Below, in pieces: positions 26,036 through 42,500 of a stretch of 64,000 nt of DNA. How positions within the stretch are numbered: the first letter of the stretch is position 1; each line of letters opens with the position of its first letter. The notes under the pieces are model-generated. The model was not told where the DNA came from. It did not search any database and saw only the letters and a list, made by a program, of their open reading frames with translations. Position numbers and translations under genes: made by a program. Source of the DNA: the human T2T-CHM13v2.0 reference genome, Homo sapiens; NCBI RefSeq assembly GCF_009914755.1, contig NC_060947.1; one strand, 5' to 3'.

Positions 26036-29000
26036 GAAGAGGTGATGCACACAGACAATGAAAAAACATTTTTCGGTTGAACCTACTCATCTGCTAAATA
26101 TGCAGCTCTTCTCTTAGTCTCAGTAGACATAACACCAAGTAAAATTAAGGTCTGAAAAATTTGGAAATATAGTTAAATGAACCCCAACCCCTTTCTATCC
26201 TTAAGAGTTTGCGATTCACTGAGTACCCATTAACGAGCCACTTCTGGGATTCCAGTTGAAAGCCAAGCCATTTGCCTAAATACCTGGGCAATCGCAACTC
26301 TATACAAAATCTTTTGGTTAGGAAATGGGATGGGTGGACTGAAGAACTTTTAAATAACAAATAAGCAATAGCCTGGATTATCTCTTTCAGAAGCAGAAGA
26401 ATGTCCATCAATTCCCTTCTCTCACTCTATAATAGAATTTCCCATCAGAAACTGAGTAGTGTCAATGGTAGTGGGGAGGGACTTTTACTATTTAGTGAGG
26501 AAGTGAAAAAAACAGGACATGACCTAACTATAGAACCACTTGCCCTTTGTCCCCAGAGGAGAGAAGCAAACCAGAAGGTGGGCCAGACAAATGCTGTATT
26601 CCTTATTGCTAGGCCACGCCCACTTTTTGCAACAGTCTGACACAGTGTGAAGCAGATTGAAAATAAAGTTACAGCCCAATCTTTGTCCTACAGGGACTTC
26701 TCAACTATAATCTTGACCCAAATGTGTACTGATAAGGACTAGTTGCTCATCTCTGAAAACTTAAGAGAGTTGAAAAATCTTCCAAAAGGAAGAACGAACT
26801 GATTGGAGACTCACTGTCTGCCTGTGTCACACCAAGTATTTCAACCAGTCAATACAGAAAAAAAATCCCACCAAACTGACTAATCAGTTTGATTTAAAGG
26901 CCATCAGGTCACCCCATGTAGACTCAGGCTGTGTTGAAAAAGTCAGTCCTGGCACCTTTTTCTTCTGTTTCATCGGACTTTACTGGATTAAGAGGTATAA
27001 AAGCAAAGCCATAAATTCAGCTACTGAAACAAACCTGAACGATGTCTTACCAGACTTCATTTATATAAATTAGATTTAGAGAGTCATCTCAAGGGTATGG
27101 CAAATCAAGGCAATTCATTCTTACAAACTCAGATCTTTAGAGCTCCAAAGGCCCTGACAGACCATGTAATTCAGCTTCTTTATTTTACAGATATGTAACC
27201 TGAAGACAGGGAGGCCTCATATAGCAAGCTAGCAGCAGAGCTTAGTCTAAAATCCAAATATCCAGAAAGCTCATCTAGTGTTTTTATCCAATGTACCTAG
27301 GTCTCTAGATTTTTAGGAAGGTATCTTCTACTATTCTGAAGATGATTGGTGCTTTGCCCTTTTAATCTGAGGGTAGCTGTGGACTTTGTTCCTATCTCTA
27401 CCTCAAAAATTTACATATAAAATGTAAGCAGAATTTTGCATACATTGTCAGGGATTAAGAGATCTAAGGTTAAGAACTCTTGCCGGGTCACATTCAGACA
27501 ATTCAGGGACACATTCACATGCCTTATTTATCCAACATCCTACATCTTACCATGTTTTTCAACTGGAAAATGTTAAGATAACCACTGTATCTTTGAGGCA
27601 TGATACTCACTCCACCCTTGCTATGCACTTTGCCCTCAGACCAGTTAATTTTGTCCAGATGTGGCCATGCTTATTTTTTAAAGAGCTCACCTAGGTAACT
27701 AAGAAAATGGAAAAAGGAAAAGCAAAAGCACAAATTATAGGAATCCCTCTGTAGATTTTCAAACTTAAATATCAAAATCTGGATGACTTGCTTGATATAG
27801 GTTTTCTAGATAAAACAAAACATATTCTATCTCATCTTAGAGAAACTTTGAGCTACAAAAGTTGTCACTAGCCAAGTTGCCATAATACATCCTAATAAGC
27901 TCTCCATTCTTCATTCCCCAAGTAAATTATTTGCCCCTAGTTCTGTGCTGGCCTCTCCAACCAAGCGTCCTCTTAGACATGGTCTACAGCCCTTAGTGAG
28001 AAAGGTCACTTTCTAGCTAAAATCCAAGAGCCATTGTCTCCATCATCCCTGAAGCCTACATCAAGTTTTTTTTCCCTACTTCTGCAAGGATCTATGATTT
28101 CAATTTCTGAATCCAAAGAATGGCAGGATCTCCTGGGCCAAAGAAGTTCTGAAAGCAGTCGTTTTCTCAGGGCCAGAACTCGAGTATGACAATTCTAATC
28201 TCATTCTGACCTCTTTATCCATGTCCTGAGGTAGGCACCAGTGGCCCCCTCAGCTTTCTTGAGAAAATGAGCTTATCTCTAAATGACATGAATTAGTAGA
28301 CACACAAGAAACTGCTCTCTGGGCTCCTCTCCCCTGCCTGACACTCATTATCAAAGCAAATCAGATCAACACACATGATGCCCCATGATGATTTATTTGC
28401 TTCTTAGCTCAGGCTTTCCACTTTATCCATTTAGGAAAGATTCAGATTTCTCACTCAGGTGGTACTTTCTCCTTTCTCTGGACATTAAGTGTCCCAAGTC
28501 TAACCTCAAGACTCCATAATGCATTAATTACACATACCAGCACTGTGCATGTGTAATTATCCTTATGACAACTTTTCTTGAATTAGAAATAGGCACTGCT
28601 TAAATACAATCATACACCAGCGCATATTGACTTAATTCTTCTCAGCTATACATCATTGTGCAGTGAATAATCTGCACAATTGTATGCAGTAGCTTTGTAG
28701 ATCCACTAATACTGATCGACATACATAATATGTGAATGTGCACTTCTGGGAGCATTTGGAAGTAAATAATGTGGTTTTGCCACCTGGCAAAAGAGTTGAG
28801 ATGTCTTTCCCAGAAGTCCTTGATGTTCCCCACAGTAAATAAATAAATGAGAAAAGGGAGAAAGGAAGGAAGGAAGGGGAAAGGAGTCTGTTGAGAAGTA
28901 AGAGGTTTAGCAGAGCCTAAGTCATCTAATAAAATACAAAGAGAGAAGTTGGGGAGGCAAGGTAGAGAAAAAGATGATAGCACCTAACAATGGTTGAGCA

Positions 29001-29648
29001 CCCATCATGAGCTAAACATTCTGCTAGGTGTTTTGAAAGTGTCATAACACTGATACCTCAAAGTCCTACAAGATAATAGGTCCATTTTCTATTTATTTTT
29101 ATTAATTGTGGTATAATATGCATAATATAAAGTTTACTATCTTAACCACTTTTTTGTTGTGCTAAAAAACTCACCACATAAAATTGATCATCTTAACCAC
29201 TTTAAGTGGGCAGTTCAGAGGTATTAAGTACATTCACATTGTTGTGCAAGTATCAGCACCATCTATCTTCAGAAGTACTTTCATCTTAAAAACTGAAACT
29301 CTGTACCCATTAAACCATAAATTTCCATTCTCCCTTCCCCCAAGCCCCTGGCAACCAGAATCCCACTTGCTGTCTCTATGAATTTGACTACTCTAGGTAC
29401 CTCAAATAAATAGAATCGTGCCATATTTGTCCTTTTTTGACTGACTTGTTTTACTTAGCATAATGTCCTCAATGTTCTGTGTACTGTTGCAAATGACAGT
29501 ATTTCCTTATTGTTTCAAGGCTGAATAATATTCATTGTATGTATATACTACATTTTGTTTATCCATTTATCCATTCATGGACAGTTGGGTTTGAACTTTT
29601 GGCAGTTGTAAATAATGGCACTACAAACATGGCTATATAAATATCTCT

Positions 29649-30232
29649 TAAAAAACTAAAAATAGAACTACCATTTCATCCAAAATCCCAGTAACTGTTA
29701 CCTACCCAAAGGAAAAGAAATTGTTATATCAAATAGACATTTTTGCACTCATATGTTTATCACACTGTTATTCACAATAGCAAAACTGTAGAATCAACAT
29801 AAGAGTCCATCAATGGGCAACTGGATAAAGAAAATGTGGTATATATGCAACATGGAATATATTATGCAGCCATAAAAATAATAAAATCATGTCTTTTGCA
29901 GCAACATGGGAAGCTGGAGGCCATTATCCTAAGTGAAATAACTTAGAAAATCAAATGCCACACGTTCTCATTTGTGGGAACTAAACAAGTAGGAGCTAAA
30001 CAATGAATACACATAAACATACAGAGAAGTATAATAGACTCTGGGGACTCCACAAGGGGAGATGTTTGGAAGGAGATGAAGGTTCAAAAGGTACTTACTA
30101 GGTGCAATGTTCACTAGCTGGGTCATAGGTACACTGAAATCCCAGACTTCACTACGCAATGTATTCATGTAACAAACCTGCCTATGTACCCCCCCTGAAT
30201 TTATAAAAAATTTTAAAAAGTAAAAAAAAAAA
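29649..30232 (+). mobile_element. 5'-truncated L1PB-like 3' end nested in the L1M
   Basis: AAAAATAGAACTACCATT...GAAATCCCAGACTTCACTACGCAATG...A-rich tail at 30200-30232; approximate TSD AAATATCTCTT/AAAATTCTCTT. Confidence 0.82.
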
Positions 30233-30975
30233 TTCTCTTTAAGATAATGTTTCTGATTAATTTGGGTATATGCCCAGAAGTGGAATTGCTGGATCATATG
30301 GTAATACTATTTTTAATTTTTTGAGGAAGTGCCATGTTGTTTTGCATAGCATCTGTACCATTTTACATTCCCAACCACAATGCACAGGTTTTCAATTTCT
30401 TCACAGCTTTGCCAACATTTGTTATTTTCTGTTTTCCTAAACACACACAAACATATTTATAGTGACCATTTTTAATGGGTTTAAAGTGGTGTCTCATGAT
30501 TTTGCTTTGCATTTCCCTAACGATTAGTGATGTCTAGCATGGTTTCATGTTTCATTATTGCCATTTGTATATCTTCTTTGAAGAAATGTCTATTTAAGCC
30601 CCTGCCCATTTTTAGTTGGGTTGTTATGTTGTTGCTGAGTTGTGACAGTTCTTTGTATATTGTAGATATTAACTACTTATATGTATATGATTTGCAAATA
30701 TTTTCTTCCACTCCATGGATTGACTTTTTACTCTGTCAATTGTGTTATCTGATGTACAGAAGTTTTAAAATTTTATGTAATCTAACTTGTTTAGTTTTTC
30801 TTTTGTTACCTATGCTTTTGGTGTCATATTCAAGAGAGCATTGTCAAATCCAATGTCATGAAGATTATCTCCTATGTTAATAGTTTTACAGTTTGAGTTC
30901 TCATGTTTAGATCTTTGATCTATTTTGATTTAATTTTTGTATATGGTGTAAGGTAGGGGTATAACTTTATTCTAT

Positions 30976-33182
<2,207 letters not shown>

Positions 33183-34746
33183 TTTTATAACTATTCTTTT
33201 GAATATGGACATTCAATTTTCATGAAATCATTTGTGGTAAAGATAGTTGTTCTCCCTTTTAATGGTTTTTGTATCATTATCAACAGTGATCATATATGCA
33301 ATGGTTTCTTGCAGAGCCCTCTATTTTATTCTATTGGTCTAATCATCCTACTTTGTGTTTGCATCATACTTTTTAATTATTGCAATTTTATAGTAAGTTT
33401 TGAAATCAGGAAGTGTGAGACCACCATTTTGCTCTTCCTTTTTAATATTGTTTTGGCTATTTGAGGTCCTTGAGATTCCATGGGAATTTTGGAATAGATT
33501 TTTTCATTTCTAAAAAAAAATGTCATTTACATTTTGATATACATTGTACTGAATCTATACATCACTTTTTATAGTATTAACTTCTAAACAATATTTTCTT
33601 TCAATCTATGAACATGAATGTCTTTCCATTTATGTATAGCTTTTAAAATTGGTTCAGCAGTGCTTTGCACTTTTCAGTGCATAAGTCTTTTACCTCCTTG
33701 GTTAGGTTTATCTCTAATTATTTTATTCTTTTTTATGTTAACCTACATTTTAAAGATGAGAAAATTTAGACAGTCTACAAAAGAGTTGTATAGTTAGTCA
33801 GAGGGAGAATTGGGCTTTAAACTGAGATCTGTTTGACTCTGAAGTTTATATACTTTCCAGTATGCCATATTACTTTTCTTGATTCCAAACACATTCATTA
33901 CCCATACATTTCTCCTGCAAGGGGCCTGTTAGTCTACTTTTAATGGAAGAAGAGCCAATGTAAAAATAAATCAAAAACATCAACTGGAACACTTCTCTAA
34001 CTCAAAGGTGAGAGAAGTCAGTGGGTAGAATTTAGTGCAGCTAAGAACAATGCCAGATGTTCAATTCCCATATGGGCTTCTGAGCTTTGTTTTCAACAGT
34101 TACTACAAACAGCCCTAAATCCAGGCACAAGGCAAAATAGTGCCATAATAATAGAAAAGGGAAACAAACAAACAAACAAACAATGTTGGTGCCCCAGGAC
34201 AGTTTCATGGGTGAGTGAAAAATTGAAACAGGTCACAAAGTATAAGTAAGAGATCATCATCCAGAGGTGGACAAGACTTGCTATGTAAAAGGAATGGCTT
34301 GTTCAAATATATGAAAGACTAAAGCAAGCCATGAGATGTGTGATTAGTTCAGTGGCATTACAGTCCACATTTCAGGGAGATAAGAGAAATGACAGTTAAA
34401 GCAAGGAAGTTGAGTGGGGGCCATGTTGGAAAGGCAAGCTAAGAAGCTTGAGACAGTGACATAATGAATAAGCATAGCAATTATTTGTTCATATAAGAAG
34501 GCTTGCACTAGAGATATCTTTAGAATTTACTTCATCTCTGACTTATTTTACAAATCTCTCTATGGCAATTTTTCATGGTCATGTTAGGCCAGGGATTAAT
34601 GGCAAACCTCAAGACAAAATGCTTTAGTTATGTTGCAGAAATATTTATTATGGCAAGTGTGGATTCTTCCAACTGGCAGATTTGAAGAATTGGCTAATAT
34701 TCCTGAAAACTCTGATCCTGTTAGAAGAGATTTGCTCAGAGAACCT

Positions 34747-34769
34747 ATAGGTCACTTCAAGTGACCTAT
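34747..34769. other. Perfect 11-bp-arm palindrome ATAGGTCACTT-C-AAGTGACCTAT
   Basis: Direct reading; contains AGGTCA-N7-TGACCT. Confidence 0.9.
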
Positions 34770-35739
34770 GGAGTAGAATCTTTCTCTGCTAGTGACCATC
34801 AAGGGGAATGAGGAGGGGAATAATTAGAGTCAGATTGTTCTTGCCTTGATCTTACTTCTTCCCTGAAGACCGAAAAATCGGTTTTAAATCCTCAATCACT
34901 ACTGAATCTTTTGTTGGGAGTCCCATGGAAATAAAAGAGTTAATTGAAGGGATACCCTCTGTGTTCCTTGGAAAGAGCCTTATCCACACAATACAATGTT
35001 TATGGCCTGTATGTAATAAGTGGTATTGATGTCTTTTGTGTGACTCAGACATTAGATTCAAGATGTGGGCACTCGGTCCTGCTTGTAGCTTCCTACTCAG
35101 GGCAAACTCTTTTCCCTCTGAGCAATTCTCCTCCTAATCTACCAGGAGTTTTCCATTCTCCTCCTTTCCATTCTCCATTGTTGGGTCCAGGCAGTAGTCT
35201 TGTATGTATCCCTACTGCCAGCTCTGGGCTCACAGAATGTTGTCATGGAGATCCTCCAACTTCTTCACTGAGCACCCATTGCCTTGAGGGAAGAAGCTGA
35301 CCAAGTCCTCTTGCTTTTTTCACTTAAGGTTGACGTTATTTACAAAAAAAAACTCCTGCGTGCTTCATGCTTAGCCAGGGCCAGAGACCATGGACTAGAA
35401 GAAGGGAAGACAATGGTAGAGATGTTACCCCTGGTTTGTAGGAGTATTTGGCATTGTACCTTCCACTTACCATCAAGATCCACTTCCAAGTCTTTTTTCA
35501 GAGCCACTAAAATCAGCCTGTACAAAAATGTAAAAAGCCCTTTTGTTCATGAAGCTTAGTGAAAGACCAGATACAACCAATCCCCCAAGTTTCATGCCAA
35601 TGACTGAAGAACTATCAGGGTTGGCTCATAGACAACAACCCTCTCTCTCCAGTTACAGAGGAAATCTCCAACCATAAAGCACCTCTCTTTTTTTTTCAGG
35701 GTTTTTTTTTTTAATTGGGGGATGGAGAAATATGCAGCC

Positions 35740-35955
35740 TCTGCCTGGAACATAGCAGAATTCCAGACTCCCAGAAGGAAAGCAGGTGTTCAGCATAAAC
35801 CACATTGTTTCTACAAACCATTTGGGCACAATAAGACACTATCACCAGTTACTTACTCCAAAATCCAAGTTCTCACATGCTAGTCAAGGGCCAACAGTAG
35901 ATGCAGCCTTGTCTAGGGATAGCAGTATGGCCTGCTATGTTAACTCTTTTCTGCA
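35740..35955. mobile_element. MER21-like LTR fragment
   Basis: AATTCCAGACTCCCAGAAGGAAAGCAGGTGTTCAGCATAAACCACATTG...GGCCTGCTATGTTAACTCTTTTCTGCA. Confidence 0.75.
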
Positions 35956-35959
35956 AAAG

Positions 35960-36340
35960 CTCCAAACTGGAATTAATTAGGAGCTAAAAAGTCTAACAGC
36001 AGTAGAATGGAACAGTGAATAAATAAATTATGGTATGTCCATACAATGGATTACTTTACAAAAAATGAGAATTATACTCCAAAAAACATATGCAACAATA
36101 TGGCTGAGATATAATGCTGACTAAAAGAAGCAAGATGTAAAAGGATACATATTGCATGTTTATGTTTGTGGGAAGTTCAAAACTAGGTGAAATTAAACAT
36201 CATAATGTTTGAAGTCACCTAGGGAGACTAAAAATCTTAGTGTTGATTACATGTTCACTTTGTGACTATCCTTTGGGTGAAACATGATTTTTGCTCTCTT
36301 CAATATTATGTTCTATAGCAATAAAAAGTTTACTAATAAA
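35960..36340 (+). mobile_element. Ancient L1M (L1MD/ME-like) 3' fragment
   Basis: AATAAATTATGGTATGTCCATACAATGGA...AAAAGAAGCAAGA...TGTTCACTTTGTGA...CAATAAAAAG. Confidence 0.65.
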
Positions 36341-36378
36341 CATTTCTTATTTTTTTGCCTGAGAATTCAATATATTTC

Positions 36379-37528
<1,150 letters not shown>

Positions 37529-37871
37529 GCACCTCTCTTAATGGTAGTAACCTGTAGTTGCATTTGTAAAACCCTTCCCTTTGAATCTACTACTTTGGCA
37601 TCTTCTGAGACATATTTCCTTACAGCTAAGATTCTCCAGAATGGTTCTTTATGCTATAAAGAATTATTTCAAGGGAATCTTAAGAAATTTTAAAAAATCA
37701 AAGGTTTTTTATCCATCTTTGTGTGGGATACACTGGTAAAAAAAAGGAGGCTGCCTACTCCTAAGAGAAGAAAAGAAGACAAAAAGTGTGATGAACATGA
37801 GTCATAATGTAGTTCTGTCTTTTGGGTTAAGGTCTGCTTATTTCAAGCTGATTTTCTCATAGAATCTTAAA

Positions 37872-38197
37872 CAGCTGACCCTCTATATCCTCAGGTTCCA
37901 CATCTTTGGATTCAACCAACTGGATTCAATAGAAAATACCTGGGGACAAAACAAGTAAAAATAACAGCATGACAATTAAAAATAATAAAAATAAAAATGC
38001 AATTAACAAATATTTATATAACATTTACATTGTACTAGGTAGTATAAGTAATCAGAGATGATTTAAAGTATATTGGAGGATATGCGTTAGTTATATGCAA
38101 ATATTATGCCATTTTTTTCTAAGAGTCTGAACATCTGAGGATTTTGGTATCTGCTAGGATCCTGGAAGCAATCCACCAGAGATACTAAAAGTTGATT
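37872..38197. mobile_element. MER2-like TcMar-Tigger MITE
   Basis: CAGCTGACCCTCTATATCC...GGATTCAACCAAC...TTATATGCAAATATTATGCCATTTT...GATTTTGGTATC...CCTGGAAGCAATCC. Confidence 0.8.
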
Positions 38198-39303
38198 AAA
38201 TTTATCTCAGGGCTGGAAGCAAGCCCCAGCCTCCTCTCTTCCAACTCTTTGTTGCCTGGAGTCACCTTATTAAAAATTAGTTTTTAAAAATTTTGTTGGT
38301 AAAGAGTAGATGTAGGCATTTATAAGGTACATGAGATATTTTGATACAGGCATGCACTGTAAAATGTGAAATAAGCACAACATGGACAATGGGGTATTTA
38401 TCTCCACAAGCATTTATGCTTCGAGTTACAAACAATCTAATTACATTCCTTAAGTTATTTTAAAATGTACAATTATTATTGACTGTAGCCCCCTTATTGT
38501 GCTATCAAATAGTAGGTCTTATTCATTCTTTCTATTTTTTTTTTAATCCACTAACTATCCCCATCTTCCCCCTAACCCCCATCTACTATTCTTTCCAGCC
38601 TCTAGTAACCATCCTTCTACTTTCTATGATCCCACAAATAAGTGAGCACATATGATGTTCGTCTTTCTGTGTCTGCTTTATTTCGCTTAACATAATGATC
38701 TCCAGCTTCATCAATTTGTTGCAAAAGACTGGAACTCATTCATTTTATGACTGAATAGAACTCCATTGTCTATAAGTATCACATTTTCTTTATTTGTTCA
38801 TCTGTTGATGGACATTTAGGTTGCTTCCAAATCTAAGCTATTGTAAATAATGCTGCAACAACCATAGGAGTGCAGATATCTGTTCAACATACTGATTTCT
38901 TTTCTTTTTGGTGTATACCCAGCAGTGCGATTGCTGGATCATATGATAACTCAATTTTTAGGGTTTTTGGTGTTTTTTGTTTTTTTTTTTTACATGTTGC
39001 TTTAAGTTCCAGGATACGTGCACAGAACATGCAGTCTTGTTACATAGGTATACGTGTGCCATGGTGGTTTGCTGAATCTATCAACTCATCATCTAGGTTT
39101 TAAGACCCACATGCATTAGCTATTTTTCCTAATGCTCTCTTTTCCCTCGCCTCCACCCCCTGACAGGCCCAGGTAGGTGTTTTTTCCTTCCTTGTGTTCA
39201 TGTGTTATCATTGTTCAAATCCTATTTATGAGTAAAACATGCAGTGTTTGGTTTTATATTCCTGTGTTAGTTTGCTGAGGATGATGACTTCTGGCTTCAT
39301 CCA

Positions 39304-39440
39304 TGTCCCATCCTCAAATATTTTCTATTGAATCCATTTGGTTGAATCCAAAGATGTGGAACCTGAAGATATAGAGGGTCAGCTATTTGTGATTCTATGA
39401 GAAAATCAGCTTGAAGTAAGCAGACCTTAACTCAAGGACA
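39304..39440 (-). repeat. Inverted, locally templated copy of about 37816-37948 inserted in the L1
   Basis: 39319-39431 is the reverse complement of 37826-37938 with 6 mismatches in 113 nt by manual count. Confidence 0.93.
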
Positions 39441-39889
39441 TGATCTTATTCCTTTTTATTGCTGCGTTATATTCCATACTGTATATGTACCACATTTTCT
39501 TTATCCAGTCTATCATTGATGGGCATTTGGGTTGGTTCCATGTATTTGCTATTGTAAATAGTGCTGCAATAAACATACATATGCATGTGTCTTTACAGTA
39601 GAATGATTTGTAATCCTCTGGGCATATACCCAGTAATGGGAATGCTGGGTCAAATGGTATTTCTGGTTCTAGATCCTGGAGGAATCATCATACTGTCTTC
39701 CACAATGGTTGAACTAATTTACATTTCCCCCAACAATGTAAAAGCGATCTTATTCTCCACAGCCTCACTAGCATCTATTGTCTCATGACTTTTTAATAAT
39801 TGACATTCTGATTGGCATGAGAGGGTATCTCATTGCAGTTTTGATTTGCATTTCTTGATTTGCATTACTTTTATGATCAGTGATGTTGA

Positions 39890-40192
<303 letters not shown>

Positions 40193-41100
40193 AATCTTTT
40201 TTTCATATGTTTGTTGGCTGCATAAATGTCTTCTTTTGAGAAGTGTCTGTTCATACCCTTGGCTCACTTTTTGATAGGGTTGTTTATTTTTTTCTTGTAA
40301 ATTTGCTTAAGCTCCTTGTAGATTCTGGATATTAGACATTTGTCAGATAGGTAGATTGCAAAATTTTACTCTCATTCTATAGGTTGCCTGTTCACTCTGA
40401 TGATAGTTTCTTCTGCTCTGCAGAAGCTCTTTAGCTTAATTAGATACCATTTGTCAATTGTAGCTTTTGTTGCATTTGCTTTTGGCGTTTTCGTCATGAA
40501 ATCTTTGTCTATGCCTATATCCTTAATGGTATTGCTAAGGTTTTCTGCTAGGGTTTTAATGACTTTAGGTTTTACATTTAAGTCTTTAATCCATCTTGAA
40601 TTAATTTCTGTATAAGGTGCAAGGAAGGGGTCCAATTTCAGTTTTCTGCATGTGGCTAGACAGTTTTCCCAACACTGTTTATTAAATAGGGAATCCTTTT
40701 TCCATTGCTTGTTTTTGTCAGGTTTGTTGAGGCAGATGATTGTAGATGTAGGGTATTATTTCTAAAGTGTCTGTTCCATTCCATTGGTCTATATATCTGT
40801 TTTGGTACCAGTACCATGCTGTTTTGGTTACTCTAGCCTTGTAGTATAGTTTGAAGTCAGGTAGCGTGATGTCTCCAGCTTTGTTCTTTTTGCTTAGGAT
40901 TATCTTGACTATACAGGCTCTTTTTTTGTTTCATTTGAAATTTAAAGTAATTTTTTCTAATTTTGTGAAGAATGGCAGTGGTAGTTTGATAGGATTAGTA
41001 TTGAATCTATAAATGACTTTGAATCTATAAATGACTCTACATTGAATCTATAAATGACTTTGGGCAGTACGGCCATTTTTACAATACTGATTTTCCCTAT

Positions 41101-41137
41101 TGTATTAGGATTCTCTTAGAGGGACAGAACTAATAGG

Positions 41138-41178
<41 letters not shown>

Positions 41179-41368
41179 TATACACACATATATATACACA
41201 CGTATATATACATATATATGTATATACGTGTATATATATGTGTGTATATACGTGTGTATATATATATATAAAGTATTAACTTACATATACTTCTTTTCAC
41301 GTTTTTCTGCCTGCTTTACATTTGCTGGGAGCTGATTAGATTGTGCCCACCAGATCAAGGATGGATCT
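41101..41368 (-). mobile_element. MLT2A-like (HERV-L) LTR remnant, internally deleted and truncated, inside L1 ORF2
   Basis: TGTATTAG...AGAGGGACAGAACTAATAGGATA terminus and TTTTCTGCCTGCTTTA...GCTGATTAGATTGTGCCCACC. Confidence 0.8.
41138..41270. repeat. (TA)/(CA)/(TG) quasi-palindromic microsatellite
   Basis: CA-type units left and TG-type units right of a TACATATATATGTA centre. Confidence 0.9.
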
Positions 41369-42469
41369 TCACATCAAGGAGGTCCTTCACATCCCTTGTT
41401 AGCTGTATTCCTGGGTATTTTATTCTCTTTGAAGCAATTGTAAATGTGAGTTCATTCGTGATTTGGTTCTCTGCTTGTTTATTGTTGGTATATAGAAATG
41501 CTTGTGATTTTTTTACATTTATTTTGTATCCTGAGACTTTGCTGAAGCTGCTTATCAGCTTAAGGAGTTTTGGGGCTGAGACTGTGATGTTTCCTAAATA
41601 TAGAATCATGTCATTTCAAACAGAGACAATTTGACTTCCTCTCTTTCTATTGAAATATGCTTTATTTCTTTCTCTTGCCTGATTGCCCTGGCCAGAACCT
41701 CCAATATTATGTTGAATAGGAGAGGTGAGAGAGGGCATCCTTGTCTTGTGCTGGTTTTCAAAAGGAATGCTTCCAGCTTTTGCTCATTCAGTGTGATATT
41801 GGCTGTGGGGTTGTCATAAATAGCTGTTATTCTTTTGAGATATGTTCCATCAATACCTAGTTTATTGAGAGTCTTTAACGTGAAGGAATGTTAAATTTTA
41901 TTGAAGGCTTTTTCTGCATCTATTCAGATAACCATGGGGCTTTTGTCATTGGTTCTGTTTATGTGATGGATTACATTTATTGTTTTGTGTATGTTGAACC
42001 AATCTTTCATCCCAGGGATGGAGCCAACATGGTCATGGTGGATAAGCTTTTTGATGTGCTGCTGGATTTCATTTGCCAATATTTTATTGAGGATTTTTGC
42101 ATTGATGTTCATCAGGGATATTGGCCTGAAGTTTTCTTTTCTTGTTGTGTCTCTGCCAGGTTTTGGTATCAGGATGATGCTGGCTTCATAAAATGAGTTG
42201 CGGAGAAGACTCTCCTTTTCAATTGTTTGGAACAGTTTCAGAAGAAATGGTAGCAGCTCTTCTTTGTACCTCTGGTAGAATTCGGCTGTGAATCCATCTG
42301 GTCCTGAGCTTTTTTTTTTTTTTTTTTGGTTAGTAGGCTATTAATTACTGCCTCAATTTCAGAACTTGATATTGATCTCTTCAGGGATTTGATTTCTTCC
42401 TGGTTTAATCTTGGGAGGGTGTATGTCTCCAGGAATTGACACATTTATTCTAAATTCTTTCTAGGTGTT

Positions 42470-42500
<31 letters not shown>

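Noticed and set aside
28648-28690. Hairpin ATTGTGCAG-N8-CTGCACAAT as a miRNA or structured RNA
   Set aside because: Too short and resembles the internal palindrome of MER91-type hAT MITEs
29105-29202. Repeated ATCTTAACCACTTT block at the L1M 3' end
   Set aside because: Probably a duplicated or stacked L1M 3' terminus; too diverged to interpret
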